A stretch of DNA of 22,978 nucleotides from an archaeon (lineage in GTDB: Archaea > Asgardarchaeota > Thorarchaeia > Thorarchaeales > Thorarchaeaceae), in contig JAJRWI010000034.1 of the NCBI GenBank assembly GCA_024276825.1, positions 1 through 22,978 of the forward strand. Reading direction: 5' to 3'. The notes under the pieces are model-generated. The model searched no databases, had not been told where the DNA came from, and saw only the letters and a program-made list of their open reading frames with translations. Positions within the stretch are counted from its first letter, which is position 1, and every line of letters starts with the position of its first letter. This document shows positions 7,264 through 15,016 of this stretch, in pieces. A program made the translations under genes and the position numbers.

Positions 7264-8127
7264 ATGGCGTTCAAGGCACATCTCTCATTTGTTCCGATCG
7301 ATCGTAGTAGGAAGGAGGATTTGGAGAACCTCCTACCTGTGGAAATTGGAATGTTTGGCGGTAGTGGGAATTATGATCCCGAAGTGATTGAGGACCCAAT
7401 AGAGGTCAAGGTATTCACGCCTTTTGGCGCAGCCTCTGACAACTACATTGTTGGAAAAGTGAAGGGGCGAAGTTTTGCATTCCTCGCAAGACATGCAAGA
7501 GGTCATCTAATACCTCCACATGCGATAAACTACAGAGCAAACATCTGGGGCATGAAGGCATTGGATGTTAAACGAATCATAAGCCCCGCTGCTTGTGGTA
7601 GTCTACAACCTGAAAAGATCAAACTAGGCGAGTTTGTTATTGCCGATCAGCTGTTTGACCGAACATTCGGTCAGAGAAAAGACACGTTCTTTGAAGGCGG
7701 ACCCATTGCACATCTGCCATTTGCTGAACCATTCTGCCCAGAACTTAGAAAGGTCGCCCTCGATACTGCAAACAAGCTTGGATACAAAGTGCATGACAAA
7801 GGGACATATGTTTGTATTAACGGCCCAAGATTCTCAACTGCTGCCGAATCAATGTTCTACCATAAACAGGGATTTGATGTAATTGGCATGACCGCATATC
7901 CTGAGGCCGCATTAGCGAGAGAAGCTGGAATTTGCTTTGTGAACATATCCATGCCCACTGACTACGATGTTCATGGAGAAGAAGGCCCAGTAACACATGA
8001 GATGGTACTTGCAACAATGGCAAAGAACATTGAGAGAGTCAAGAAGTTGACCTTTGAGATGATTGACAATATTCCCAAAGAGCCAAGTTGCACCTGCCAG
8101 ACAGCAATGGAACATGGGCTGTTTTAG
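7264..8127 (+). CDS. mtnP: 5'-methylthioadenosine phosphorylase
   Basis: GGSG, TPFG, RH...H..PPH.INYRANIW, GPRFST.AES, GMT..PEA, and the DYD motif typical of 6-aminopurine-specific MTAPs. Confidence 0.92.
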   Translation: MAFKAHLSFVPIDRSRKEDLENLLPVEIGMFGGSGNYDPEVIEDPIEVKVFTPFGAASDNYIVGKVKGRSFAFLARHARGHLIPPHAINYRANIWGMKALDVKRIISPAACGSLQPEKIKLGEFVIADQLFDRTFGQRKDTFFEGGPIAHLPFAEPFCPELRKVALDTANKLGYKVHDKGTYVCINGPRFSTAAESMFYHKQGFDVIGMTAYPEAALAREAGICFVNISMPTDYDVHGEEGPVTHEMVLATMAKNIERVKKLTFEMIDNIPKEPSCTCQTAMEHGLF

Positions 8128-8135
8128 ACGATTAT

Positions 8136-8160
8136 ACTGGGGAGGCCATGCCTCTCCAGT
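8136..8160. terminator. 11-bp hairpin between mtnP and the convergent acidic micro-ORF
   Basis: ACTGGGGAGGC-cat-GCCTCTCCAGT, with one G-T pair. Confidence 0.6.
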
Positions 8161-8169
8161 CAATGTTTC

Positions 8170-8283
8170 CTAGAAGTCGTCATCCTCACCAAGATCGTCG
8201 AGTTCATCTCCCCATTCCTCCTCATCCCAATCGACTTCATCAAGGACATCTTCTTTCTCATTATATTCTTCTTCAGTCATCAT
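8170..8283 (-). CDS. 37-aa highly acidic Trp-containing micro-protein
   Basis: MMTEEEYNEKEDVLDEVDWDEEEWGDELDDLGEDDDF*, 21 of 37 residues D/E. It fills an intergenic gap without overlap, has a TATA-like CTTATCTA 25 nt upstream and a hairpin downstream. Not in the ORF track. Confidence 0.75.
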   Translation of the reverse strand: MMTEEEYNEKEDVLDEVDWDEEEWGDELDDLGEDDDF

Positions 8284-8361
8284 CCTCAAATAATAAAACA
8301 CCCAATGATAGATAAGACTTCTCAAGAGTGAAAAATCAATGCTTTTTCGGATGGATCATTA

Positions 8362-9165
8362 ATGACAAGTTTACGAATTGCAGTGGGTCAGATTGAGCCT
8401 CGGATTGGGGATTTGCAATGGAACATTGAACAGATTCAACGCGCTCTAAATCAAGCGGCTGATAATAATGTGGATGTTCTCGTGCTTCCTGAACTGTCTA
8501 ACTCAGGCTATGCTTTTGCTAGCACCGATGAGGCTCTTGATTCCTCTGAGATTATTCCTGAAGGCGATATTTCCAGAATGCTACTTGAATGGAGCAGTGA
8601 CAACAAGATGGTAGTGGCAGGTATTTGTGAGAAGACCAATGATGGCCTATTCAATTCTGCTGCTGTAATTGCAAATGGAAAGCATATCACCACATACAGA
8701 AAGATTCACCTCTTTTACAAAGAGTTTGAATGGTTCATTCCTGGCGGTGCTGAACCTCCAGTGATCGAGTTCGAAGGACACAGGTTTGGTGTCATGATAT
8801 GCTTCGATTGGGCATTTCCTGAAATCGCACGGATTCTCGCATTAAAGGGTGCTCAAGTGATTCTTCATCCTGCCAACCTTGTGCTTCCGTATTGCTTCGA
8901 TGCAATGATCACGCGATCCATCGAGAATCGAGTATTCACAGCAACTGCTAATCGTATTGGTGTTGAACGAGATTTGAATTTCACTGGTCGCTCGCAGATC
9001 ACAAGTCCTGAGGGTAAACGCCTGCTCTCTCTCTCCAAAGAGGATGCCGGGATGGGAATGTTAGAGATTGACCCGAGCATTGCAGATGATAAAATGATAA
9101 CGGAGAGAAATGATGTCCTTGCAGACAGGCGGCCTGAACTCTACCGTCGGCTTGTTGAAAAATGA
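8362..9165 (+). CDS. Carbon-nitrogen hydrolase (nitrilase superfamily)
   Basis: Glu-Lys-Cys triad motifs LPEL, YRKIHL and ICFDW, plus RSIEN, ANRIG and C-terminal DRRPELY. Confidence 0.93.
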   Translation: MTSLRIAVGQIEPRIGDLQWNIEQIQRALNQAADNNVDVLVLPELSNSGYAFASTDEALDSSEIIPEGDISRMLLEWSSDNKMVVAGICEKTNDGLFNSAAVIANGKHITTYRKIHLFYKEFEWFIPGGAEPPVIEFEGHRFGVMICFDWAFPEIARILALKGAQVILHPANLVLPYCFDAMITRSIENRVFTATANRIGVERDLNFTGRSQITSPEGKRLLSLSKEDAGMGMLEIDPSIADDKMITERNDVLADRRPELYRRLVEK

Positions 9166-9169
9166 ATGA

Positions 9170-9535
9170 CTACCTCTCTCCTGTCTTATCAGGAATCCTT
9201 CCCGACCATCCCTCTGCGGGATACTTCTCTTCATTCAACTGCATCTTTTCGATTATTGCCTGAGCTGGGTCGATACCGGTCACATCTGCCAGTCTAAGAA
9301 TATAGATCAACACATCAGCAATCTCATGTGATAATGACTCTCTATAATTCTCATTATTCAAAAGTTCTTGAATATTTTTATCCGATTGCCATTGGAACAA
9401 TTCCAACAATTCACCAACTTCAATGGCAGCCGAAACCGCAAGTGCTGATGGCTTGTGAAACTGTTCCCAATCACGTTCTCTTACAAATGATCGAATGAGG
9501 GCCATTAGTTCCTCTAAATCACCGCCCTCATTCAT
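9170..9535 (-). CDS. MazG-like (dCTP pyrophosphatase 1-type) nucleotide pyrophosphohydrolase
   Basis: ERDWEQFH.P, EVGELLELFQW, EIADVLIY and K...NEEKYP. Confidence 0.92.
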   Translation of the reverse strand: MNEGGDLEELMALIRSFVRERDWEQFHKPSALAVSAAIEVGELLELFQWQSDKNIQELLNNENYRESLSHEIADVLIYILRLADVTGIDPAQAIIEKMQLNEEKYPAEGWSGRIPDKTGER

Positions 9536-9550
9536 CTATGGCACACCTTA

Positions 9551-10090
9551 CTATTCTGCTGATGTGATGACTCGCTGAATCAACCAGAGTGTGTAAAAAC
9601 AGAAGATGATTATCATAAGTAATGATGGGATGAGCGACACTGCAAATCCTGGAATGAATGAAGCATTCACTGTGATCCATGATATGGTGTCCAAAGTTGC
9701 AACTGCAGCACATGCAAGCATCAATATCATGTTTGTAGGACCACCAAATCGAAGGTTTGAGTTTCCACCCTCTCTCCAGATTTTCAGCCCGAATATTGTG
9801 CCCACAGCGGCAAACACGATGACTATGTAATTCCCAACAATCAGATATCTCCATGGATTCCAGATTTCTGGAGGCGTGAATATGACAATGATGAGCCCGA
9901 TAATCGCAAGGAAGAATGCCATCTTTAGCCATGGGTCCTCCATGAATCCAGCCAGTTTGCTCTCCGTAATTGGACTTGGTAATTCATCAAGTCGAGTTTT
10001 CTCTTCCGGTTCCTCATCGGGAAATGCATCATCCTCTTCAGTATTATAGTCATCTTCAGTGCGGTTCATCTCAATCATCTCTTCATCCAA
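9551..10090 (-). CDS. Hypothetical membrane protein with an acidic N-terminal tail and about 4 TM helices
   Basis: D/E-rich first ~35 aa followed by four hydrophobic segments. Start uncertain (TTG 10090 or a later ATG). Confidence 0.8.
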   Translation of the reverse strand: MDEEMIEMNRTEDDYNTEEDDAFPDEEPEEKTRLDELPSPITESKLAGFMEDPWLKMAFFLAIIGLIIVIFTPPEIWNPWRYLIVGNYIVIVFAAVGTIFGLKIWREGGNSNLRFGGPTNMILMLACAAVATLDTISWITVNASFIPGFAVSLIPSLLMIIIFCFYTLWLIQRVITSAE

Positions 10091-10198
10091 GACATAGTGA
10101 AGGTCAAGTATCCTCGTTAAAATTGTTATGCTCAGACCTGCGACTGGCCTGTGTTCCTTAGAATAACTGTTAATAATATGTATCCATTAAGATAAAGC

Positions 10199-10789
10199 AT
10201 GGCAATAGATAAGCAGTCTTTCGATAAACTCGTGTCTGAAGCTAGGACACTTAAGATGAGGGGGATTAATAAGAAGGCCATTGAGAAATTTAAAATGGCG
10301 CTTGATATCGACCCCAATAATCTAGACATAATAAACGAGGTCGGGTTGGCACTGATTCATATTGGTGAACAGCAAGAGGCCATTCAGTTTTTTAACAGAG
10401 CAATCACAATTGACCCCAAAGATCCACGAGGATATGCCAATAAAGCACAAGCATACCTTACCATGGGCGCATTTGAGGAGGCACTAGCTGTCACTAATGA
10501 TGCTCTCAAACATGTCATTGATAATTCTGATATCTGGGTAAAGAGAGCTAGGGCGCTAGAGAGTATGCTTCGGATTGACGAGGCAATAGATGCGTATAAT
10601 GAAGCTCTGAAATATAACTCTGAAGATCCAGAGATATGGAAGTCACTGGCACTATGTCTTGATGCTAAGGAAAAATGGACTGAAGTTGCAAGAGCCTATC
10701 GAATCGCCGCAAGTCTTCATAAAAAACGTGGCGAGAACCAAGATGCAGACTACTGTCTGAAATTCGCAGAAATGGCAGAACGATCATAA
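10199..10789 (+). CDS. TPR-repeat protein
   Basis: About five TPR motifs (AIEKFKMALDIDPNN, AIQFFNRAITIDPKD, AIDAYNEALKYNSED). Confidence 0.9.
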   Translation: MAIDKQSFDKLVSEARTLKMRGINKKAIEKFKMALDIDPNNLDIINEVGLALIHIGEQQEAIQFFNRAITIDPKDPRGYANKAQAYLTMGAFEEALAVTNDALKHVIDNSDIWVKRARALESMLRIDEAIDAYNEALKYNSEDPEIWKSLALCLDAKEKWTEVARAYRIAASLHKKRGENQDADYCLKFAEMAERS

Positions 10790-10795
10790 GAAGAA

Positions 10796-10821
10796 AAGAG
10801 AAGGCAATAATTGCCTCTCTT
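10796..10821. terminator. Hairpin between the convergent TPR and PLD genes
   Basis: AAGAGA-a-GGCAA-taa-TTGCC-TCTCTT. On the minus strand it is followed by TTCTTCTT. Confidence 0.5.
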
Positions 10822-10861
10822 AGATATTATGTTTCCTGATTGAGGAGAGTTCTCTTGAATA

Positions 10862-12508
10862 CTATCGCTTTTTCATGATAAATCTGCTGCTGCCAACAAT
10901 CACAACAATGACTCCTATAATGATATATGGGAGATTTGCCATGATCACATCCATAATTGATTGTGTCGTTGTCGTTGGGGTTGGAGTTGCTGTAGTTGGC
11001 ACTATTGCGGAACCAATAGAATCCCTTACACGAATGACCATTGGAAAGCCAGTGTGCCATGTTGATGCAGCACGTATTCTTGCAATAGCAGTGATGTTTG
11101 TCCCATCAGGCTGAGGACTAATCTCAAGGAAGTAATTCTCAGGGTCTCCTTCAGCGGAGTCAAACACATTGTCAGTTATTGTGTAGTTGGTCCATGCACC
11201 ATCTCCAATCTTGACACCAAGCATTACCTCTTCAACATCGGCGTAAAGATTGTGTGCATAAACTGTGACATTGATCACTGAGGAACTCTTTGGAATGTTA
11301 GGGCTCCAATACAAATTGACATCATCCATGACATCATTATCACCAATGGCCCAGTCAAAATCGTATACCTCTTGATACCACTGAGCGACCTGTTGATTCT
11401 CAATGATCACCCCCGCTTCGCGGTTAGAACTGATGCTACCCTCGCTAAAGTTGATGCTGCATATTAACACAATTCTTCCATCAACGATTATTCCCTTGTT
11501 ATGGTTGGCAGTGAACCAACGAGTGTCCTGCCAGACAACAGGGATGTCATGCTCTGAGAAAATATCTGCAATCTCGAGGTAGTCCTTCTCCTCTTCTGTG
11601 ATTATGCGTACTGTGACTCCTCTGGCCTTTGCCGCGAGAATCGCATCAATTATCTGATCGACTTCTCCACCATCTCCTACATTTGTGAAGTAGGGGATCT
11701 GGATGTCCAAGGTTGCTTGAGCACTATTGATACAATAGAGAATTCCCTGAAGACTCGTGTCAGGACTGAATATGGGGGTGACATTCATTGCCCCACTGAA
11801 ATGTCCAGGTGCTGCAAACGGCCTAGGATAGGTACTACTTGTTTCTGAATATGACAATGGGTCACCCGTACCATCCGCCACTGGGTCATAATCGCGACCC
11901 CTGCTCCAGTCGTAATCAAAGACATTACGATAATACTCTGTGACAACTTCATCGGTCATGGCAATATTCCACTCTCGATTTGCTTTATTCCCCTCTTCTG
12001 GAAATGATGTCTTTGCCCAGTTTCCAGCATGAATCACAGTTGTCTTATTATCGATGATCACAAACTTCTGATGAGCATAAGTAAAGTCCCCTGAACTTGT
12101 CCATCTCACTGGAAAACCAAGCTGAGTGAGATTGTTTGCAACATATTTATTGGGACTTGGGTAACCCAGACTGTTCCATCCAATGAGGAACTTCATCTCA
12201 AGGGATGGCTTTTCAGAATGAATCTGATGAATCAGATCTAGAATGTATGGATTGTTTATTCCGTATATTTCAACATAGATGCTTTCCTTTGCACTCTGTA
12301 GAAGACTCCATAGGGCATCCCTACTGCCATCGGGCGATACAAAAGTAGTTACATTCATGTTTCGATTAAAAGTCTGCCAAGTGAACTCAGCTGGTATGAA
12401 CTCGTTTGGCTGTGCTTGAGCTGCAGGCATAAAGAGAAATGAAATATAGCCTGAGAGCATTATGGCGGCAACCAGCATTGCAACCGCCTTATTATGATCA
12501 ATTAGCAT
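10862..12508 (-). CDS. Exported, C-terminally membrane-anchored phospholipase D superfamily protein (two HKD motifs)
   Basis: HQKFVIID...NRE and HNKGIIVD...NRE, signal peptide ending AAQA, beta-rich domain, PTTATPTPTTTT linker, TM helix and basic tail. Confidence 0.9.
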   Translation of the reverse strand: MLIDHNKAVAMLVAAIMLSGYISFLFMPAAQAQPNEFIPAEFTWQTFNRNMNVTTFVSPDGSRDALWSLLQSAKESIYVEIYGINNPYILDLIHQIHSEKPSLEMKFLIGWNSLGYPSPNKYVANNLTQLGFPVRWTSSGDFTYAHQKFVIIDNKTTVIHAGNWAKTSFPEEGNKANREWNIAMTDEVVTEYYRNVFDYDWSRGRDYDPVADGTGDPLSYSETSSTYPRPFAAPGHFSGAMNVTPIFSPDTSLQGILYCINSAQATLDIQIPYFTNVGDGGEVDQIIDAILAAKARGVTVRIITEEEKDYLEIADIFSEHDIPVVWQDTRWFTANHNKGIIVDGRIVLICSINFSEGSISSNREAGVIIENQQVAQWYQEVYDFDWAIGDNDVMDDVNLYWSPNIPKSSSVINVTVYAHNLYADVEEVMLGVKIGDGAWTNYTITDNVFDSAEGDPENYFLEISPQPDGTNITAIARIRAASTWHTGFPMVIRVRDSIGSAIVPTTATPTPTTTTQSIMDVIMANLPYIIIGVIVVIVGSSRFIMKKR

Positions 12509-12596
12509 ATTCTACGCCTCTAATTGTAGATTAGGTCGCTAACCTCACAATTGAACTTATAACTTTCTAAGGCGGCTGGGAATCATGGTGAATTAA

Positions 12597-12854
12597 TTGA
12601 AGCTCTTTTACAAAGTGGACCCTACAATCTATCGTGAATGTCTGGACAGAATAAGAGAAGAATTTGGCATGCATGAGGACATTGATGAGGACAAGACCAT
12701 ATTAACACTTGACGATGACTTGCGGATTGAACAGGTCAGAGCGAGCTACGACCCAGCAGAAGACGAGTTTGTCCATGTGCGAGTAGTATTAAATGACAAG
12801 TCCCTAAGGTCATTCTTTGACTCTGTACTAGGGGAGCCTTACAGGGTGAAATAA
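12597..12854 (+). CDS. Hypothetical acidic protein, 85 aa
   Basis: TTG start with GGTGA SD, CTTATAAC box upstream, protein-like composition, no overlaps. Confidence 0.8.
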   Translation: MKLFYKVDPTIYRECLDRIREEFGMHEDIDEDKTILTLDDDLRIEQVRASYDPAEDEFVHVRVVLNDKSLRSFFDSVLGEPYRVK

Positions 12855-12893
12855 AAAAGCAAAGAAAGTGACGGACGCCATTGCTGACGTCCG
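12850..12893 (-). terminator. Intrinsic terminator of the ferredoxin gene
   Basis: Minus strand CGGACGTCA-GCAA-TGGCGTCCG (GNRA loop, one G-U), then TCACTTTCTTTGCTTTTTTATT. Confidence 0.7.
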
Positions 12894-12916
12894 GCTGATG
12901 TGTTGATTCGAAGTTT

Positions 12917-13099
12917 TTAGGCCTCTTCGATAGCACCCTCAGGGCAGCTATCAACACATGCGTAGCACTCAGTGCACTCATCTGCACGATCAGCTTGGTA
13001 GACTGCTTTATCCTCAATCACGTACAAAGCAGGTTCAACTGGACAGACATCGGCACATGTGCCACAGGCAGTACAATTATCATTGACTTTCCACATCAT
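12917..13099 (-). CDS. fdx: 2[4Fe-4S] ferredoxin
   Basis: CTACGTCADVCP and CTECYACVDSCP. GGTGA SD 6 nt upstream. Confidence 0.95.
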   Translation of the reverse strand: MMWKVNDNCTACGTCADVCPVEPALYVIEDKAVYQADRADECTECYACVDSCPEGAIEEA

Positions 13100-13112
13100 G
13101 ATGTATCACCAA

Positions 13113-13129
13113 TGAACTTCAGAAGTTCA
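13113..13129. promoter_or_regulatory. Perfect 8-1-8 palindrome in the ferredoxin leader
   Basis: TGAACTTC-A-GAAGTTCA, between a minus-strand CTTAAATG box (13155-13162) and the SD. Confidence 0.5.
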
Positions 13130-13325
13130 CGACTATCGTTGCCATCGTTTTTCTCATTTAAGTTAATGGGTTGGACAATTCAGCGCTTCCAATTATAAGA
13201 AAACGTGATATACGCATTTCTGAGATGTTAGGCGGTCGAATTTTGGTGCATACAAAACTTTCAAAAAGATGACACAAAGCGTTAGCTCATATTTACGAAC
13301 AAAATGAATGAAACACCCTCTATAA

Positions 13326-14693
13326 GTGATGAACATGCCGTACGAGACTTTTGGTGAGGCCCCCGAGAAAAGCAAGTTTGCTCGCCGTCTAGGTCTCATT
13401 GGAGCTACAAACATCGGACTCGGAGCAATGCTTGGAGGTGGGATCTATGTTATTTCAGGCACTGCAGCTGGCATGATTGGCCCAGCTCTGGTTGTTGCAT
13501 ACTTGGTCACAGGCCTCCTGACTGTGTTTACAGCAGTTAATTATGCTGAACTTGCAAGTTCCATTCCAAAGCAGGGTGGAGGTTATACTTTTGCCCATGA
13601 CACATTTGGAGGATTTCCTGGATTCCTGACCGGCTGGTTCTTACTTATTGGAAACATTGTGGCCTGCGGTCTCTATGCATTAGCGGTTGCTCACACATTA
13701 GCAGTCTTTGTCCCTCTTCCAGTCAGCGTCATTGCAATTGTAATAATTCTAATCACTTGGATTACTAATATCATCAGCATTAAGGGTGTTTCAGGAGTCC
13801 TCGGATTTCTTAATATTGCTCAATCAATGGTTCTTCTTTCATTTGTTGTTGTTGGACTCATGTTCGTGAATCCCCAGAATCTTGACCCATGGGTTCGATT
13901 TGGTCCAGAATTCAACACTGCTTTTGATGCTTTCATGGCAACCGTGGCCTTCGTTTACATCTCATTTGTTGGTTTCGAACTCATTACAACTGCATCTGAG
14001 GAGATCAAAGAGCCCGCCAAGAACATTCCGCGGGCAATCATGCTGACTCTTGCAATCGCCACCATTATTTATATGGGTGCAGCACTTGTCATCGTTGGGA
14101 TTGTGCCTTCAGGACCAGGATCAGCTATTTCACAGTCGCACACCCCAATCTCTGATGTCTTTGGAATCATGCTAGGCAATTGGGCTTTCTACTTTGGTCT
14201 TGCAGGCATGGCTGCTTCCAATTACGCCGCTCTGAATGCTACATTTCTGGCTACAGCAAGAGTTGCTTATTCAATGGGTCGAGACCGCTATCTCCCGTCC
14301 TTTCTAGACAGAGTGAATAGGAGAACAAAGACTCCAATTCCTGCTCTGATTGTGACCCTAGTTGCTGTGAGCGCCTTTGCAGCCACAGGCAACGTGACCC
14401 TTGTTGCATCGCTTGCTGATTTCGGATACCTTGTGGGACTTTCTATCGTCAATGCTTCAGTAATCAAGCTTCGCAGAAGTGGCCTTAGTGTTCCAGGGAC
14501 CTTTAAGTCCCCCCTATACCCACTGGTTCCAATCTTGGGCGTGGTGACTTGTCTTCTGCTTGTTCCCCATATTCATTTTGAGTATCTGGTGCTGGGCTTT
14601 GCTCTGTCTATTGTTGGCTTTGTGATATACTTGGGATATGGACGTAGCAGGAATGAGCGACATAAGCAGATGCTCATGAGTCGTCATCGATAA
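13326..14693 (+). CDS. APC-family amino acid permease
   Basis: GAMLGGGIY, YAELASSIPKQGGGY, FVGFE, SEEIKEPAKNIPRAI, ARVAYSMGRD..LP and about 12 TM helices. Confidence 0.93.
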   Translation: MMNMPYETFGEAPEKSKFARRLGLIGATNIGLGAMLGGGIYVISGTAAGMIGPALVVAYLVTGLLTVFTAVNYAELASSIPKQGGGYTFAHDTFGGFPGFLTGWFLLIGNIVACGLYALAVAHTLAVFVPLPVSVIAIVIILITWITNIISIKGVSGVLGFLNIAQSMVLLSFVVVGLMFVNPQNLDPWVRFGPEFNTAFDAFMATVAFVYISFVGFELITTASEEIKEPAKNIPRAIMLTLAIATIIYMGAALVIVGIVPSGPGSAISQSHTPISDVFGIMLGNWAFYFGLAGMAASNYAALNATFLATARVAYSMGRDRYLPSFLDRVNRRTKTPIPALIVTLVAVSAFAATGNVTLVASLADFGYLVGLSIVNASVIKLRRSGLSVPGTFKSPLYPLVPILGVVTCLLLVPHIHFEYLVLGFALSIVGFVIYLGYGRSRNERHKQMLMSRHR

Positions 14694-14928
14694 AAGTAGC
14701 GACAAGGAATGATACAAAGTCTGTGATGCCATCAATATTGCCAATCTGATTAATTGCAAACACTCGATACCTATCAAGTGAATGTACCTTTATTGCAGCA
14801 ATGATGTCGTATTGGCCCTTGGTCACAATATACGCCTCTGAAACCTCACGAAACTTCCTGAGTTTTCTGCAGATCTCCTTTACTCTTTCAGGCCGCGTCT
14901 TTATTGCAAGGAATATCTTAATTGGCAA
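14674..14928 (-). CDS. Stand-alone Lrp/AsnC ligand-binding (RAM) domain protein
   Basis: EVSEAYIVTKGQYDII and IGNIDGI patterns, no HTH domain. Confidence 0.85.
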   Translation of the reverse strand: MPIKIFLAIKTRPERVKEICRKLRKFREVSEAYIVTKGQYDIIAAIKVHSLDRYRVFAINQIGNIDGITDFVSFLVATFIDDDS

Positions 14929-15016
14929 GTCTGCTCACATGAGGAATTCATCGCATTCTCTAAATAAACTGAGGGATAGCGCAGTCTTACGGATCAATGA
15001 AGTCGGGGCCTAATCG

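Noticed and set aside
7012-7281. Minus-strand ORF across the purine-skewed PRT-mtnP spacer
   Set aside because: It overlaps both flanking genes in antisense, crosses a terminator-like hairpin and has no recognisable motif.
8088-8315. Plus-strand His/Pro-rich 75-aa ORF
   Set aside because: It is the antisense shadow of the acidic micro-ORF and overlaps mtnP and the hairpin.
12855-12916. Ferredoxin 3' hairpin as a possible SECIS element
   Set aside because: There is no in-frame TGA in the ferredoxin and no SECIS core motif. A GNRA stem plus U-tract fits a terminator.
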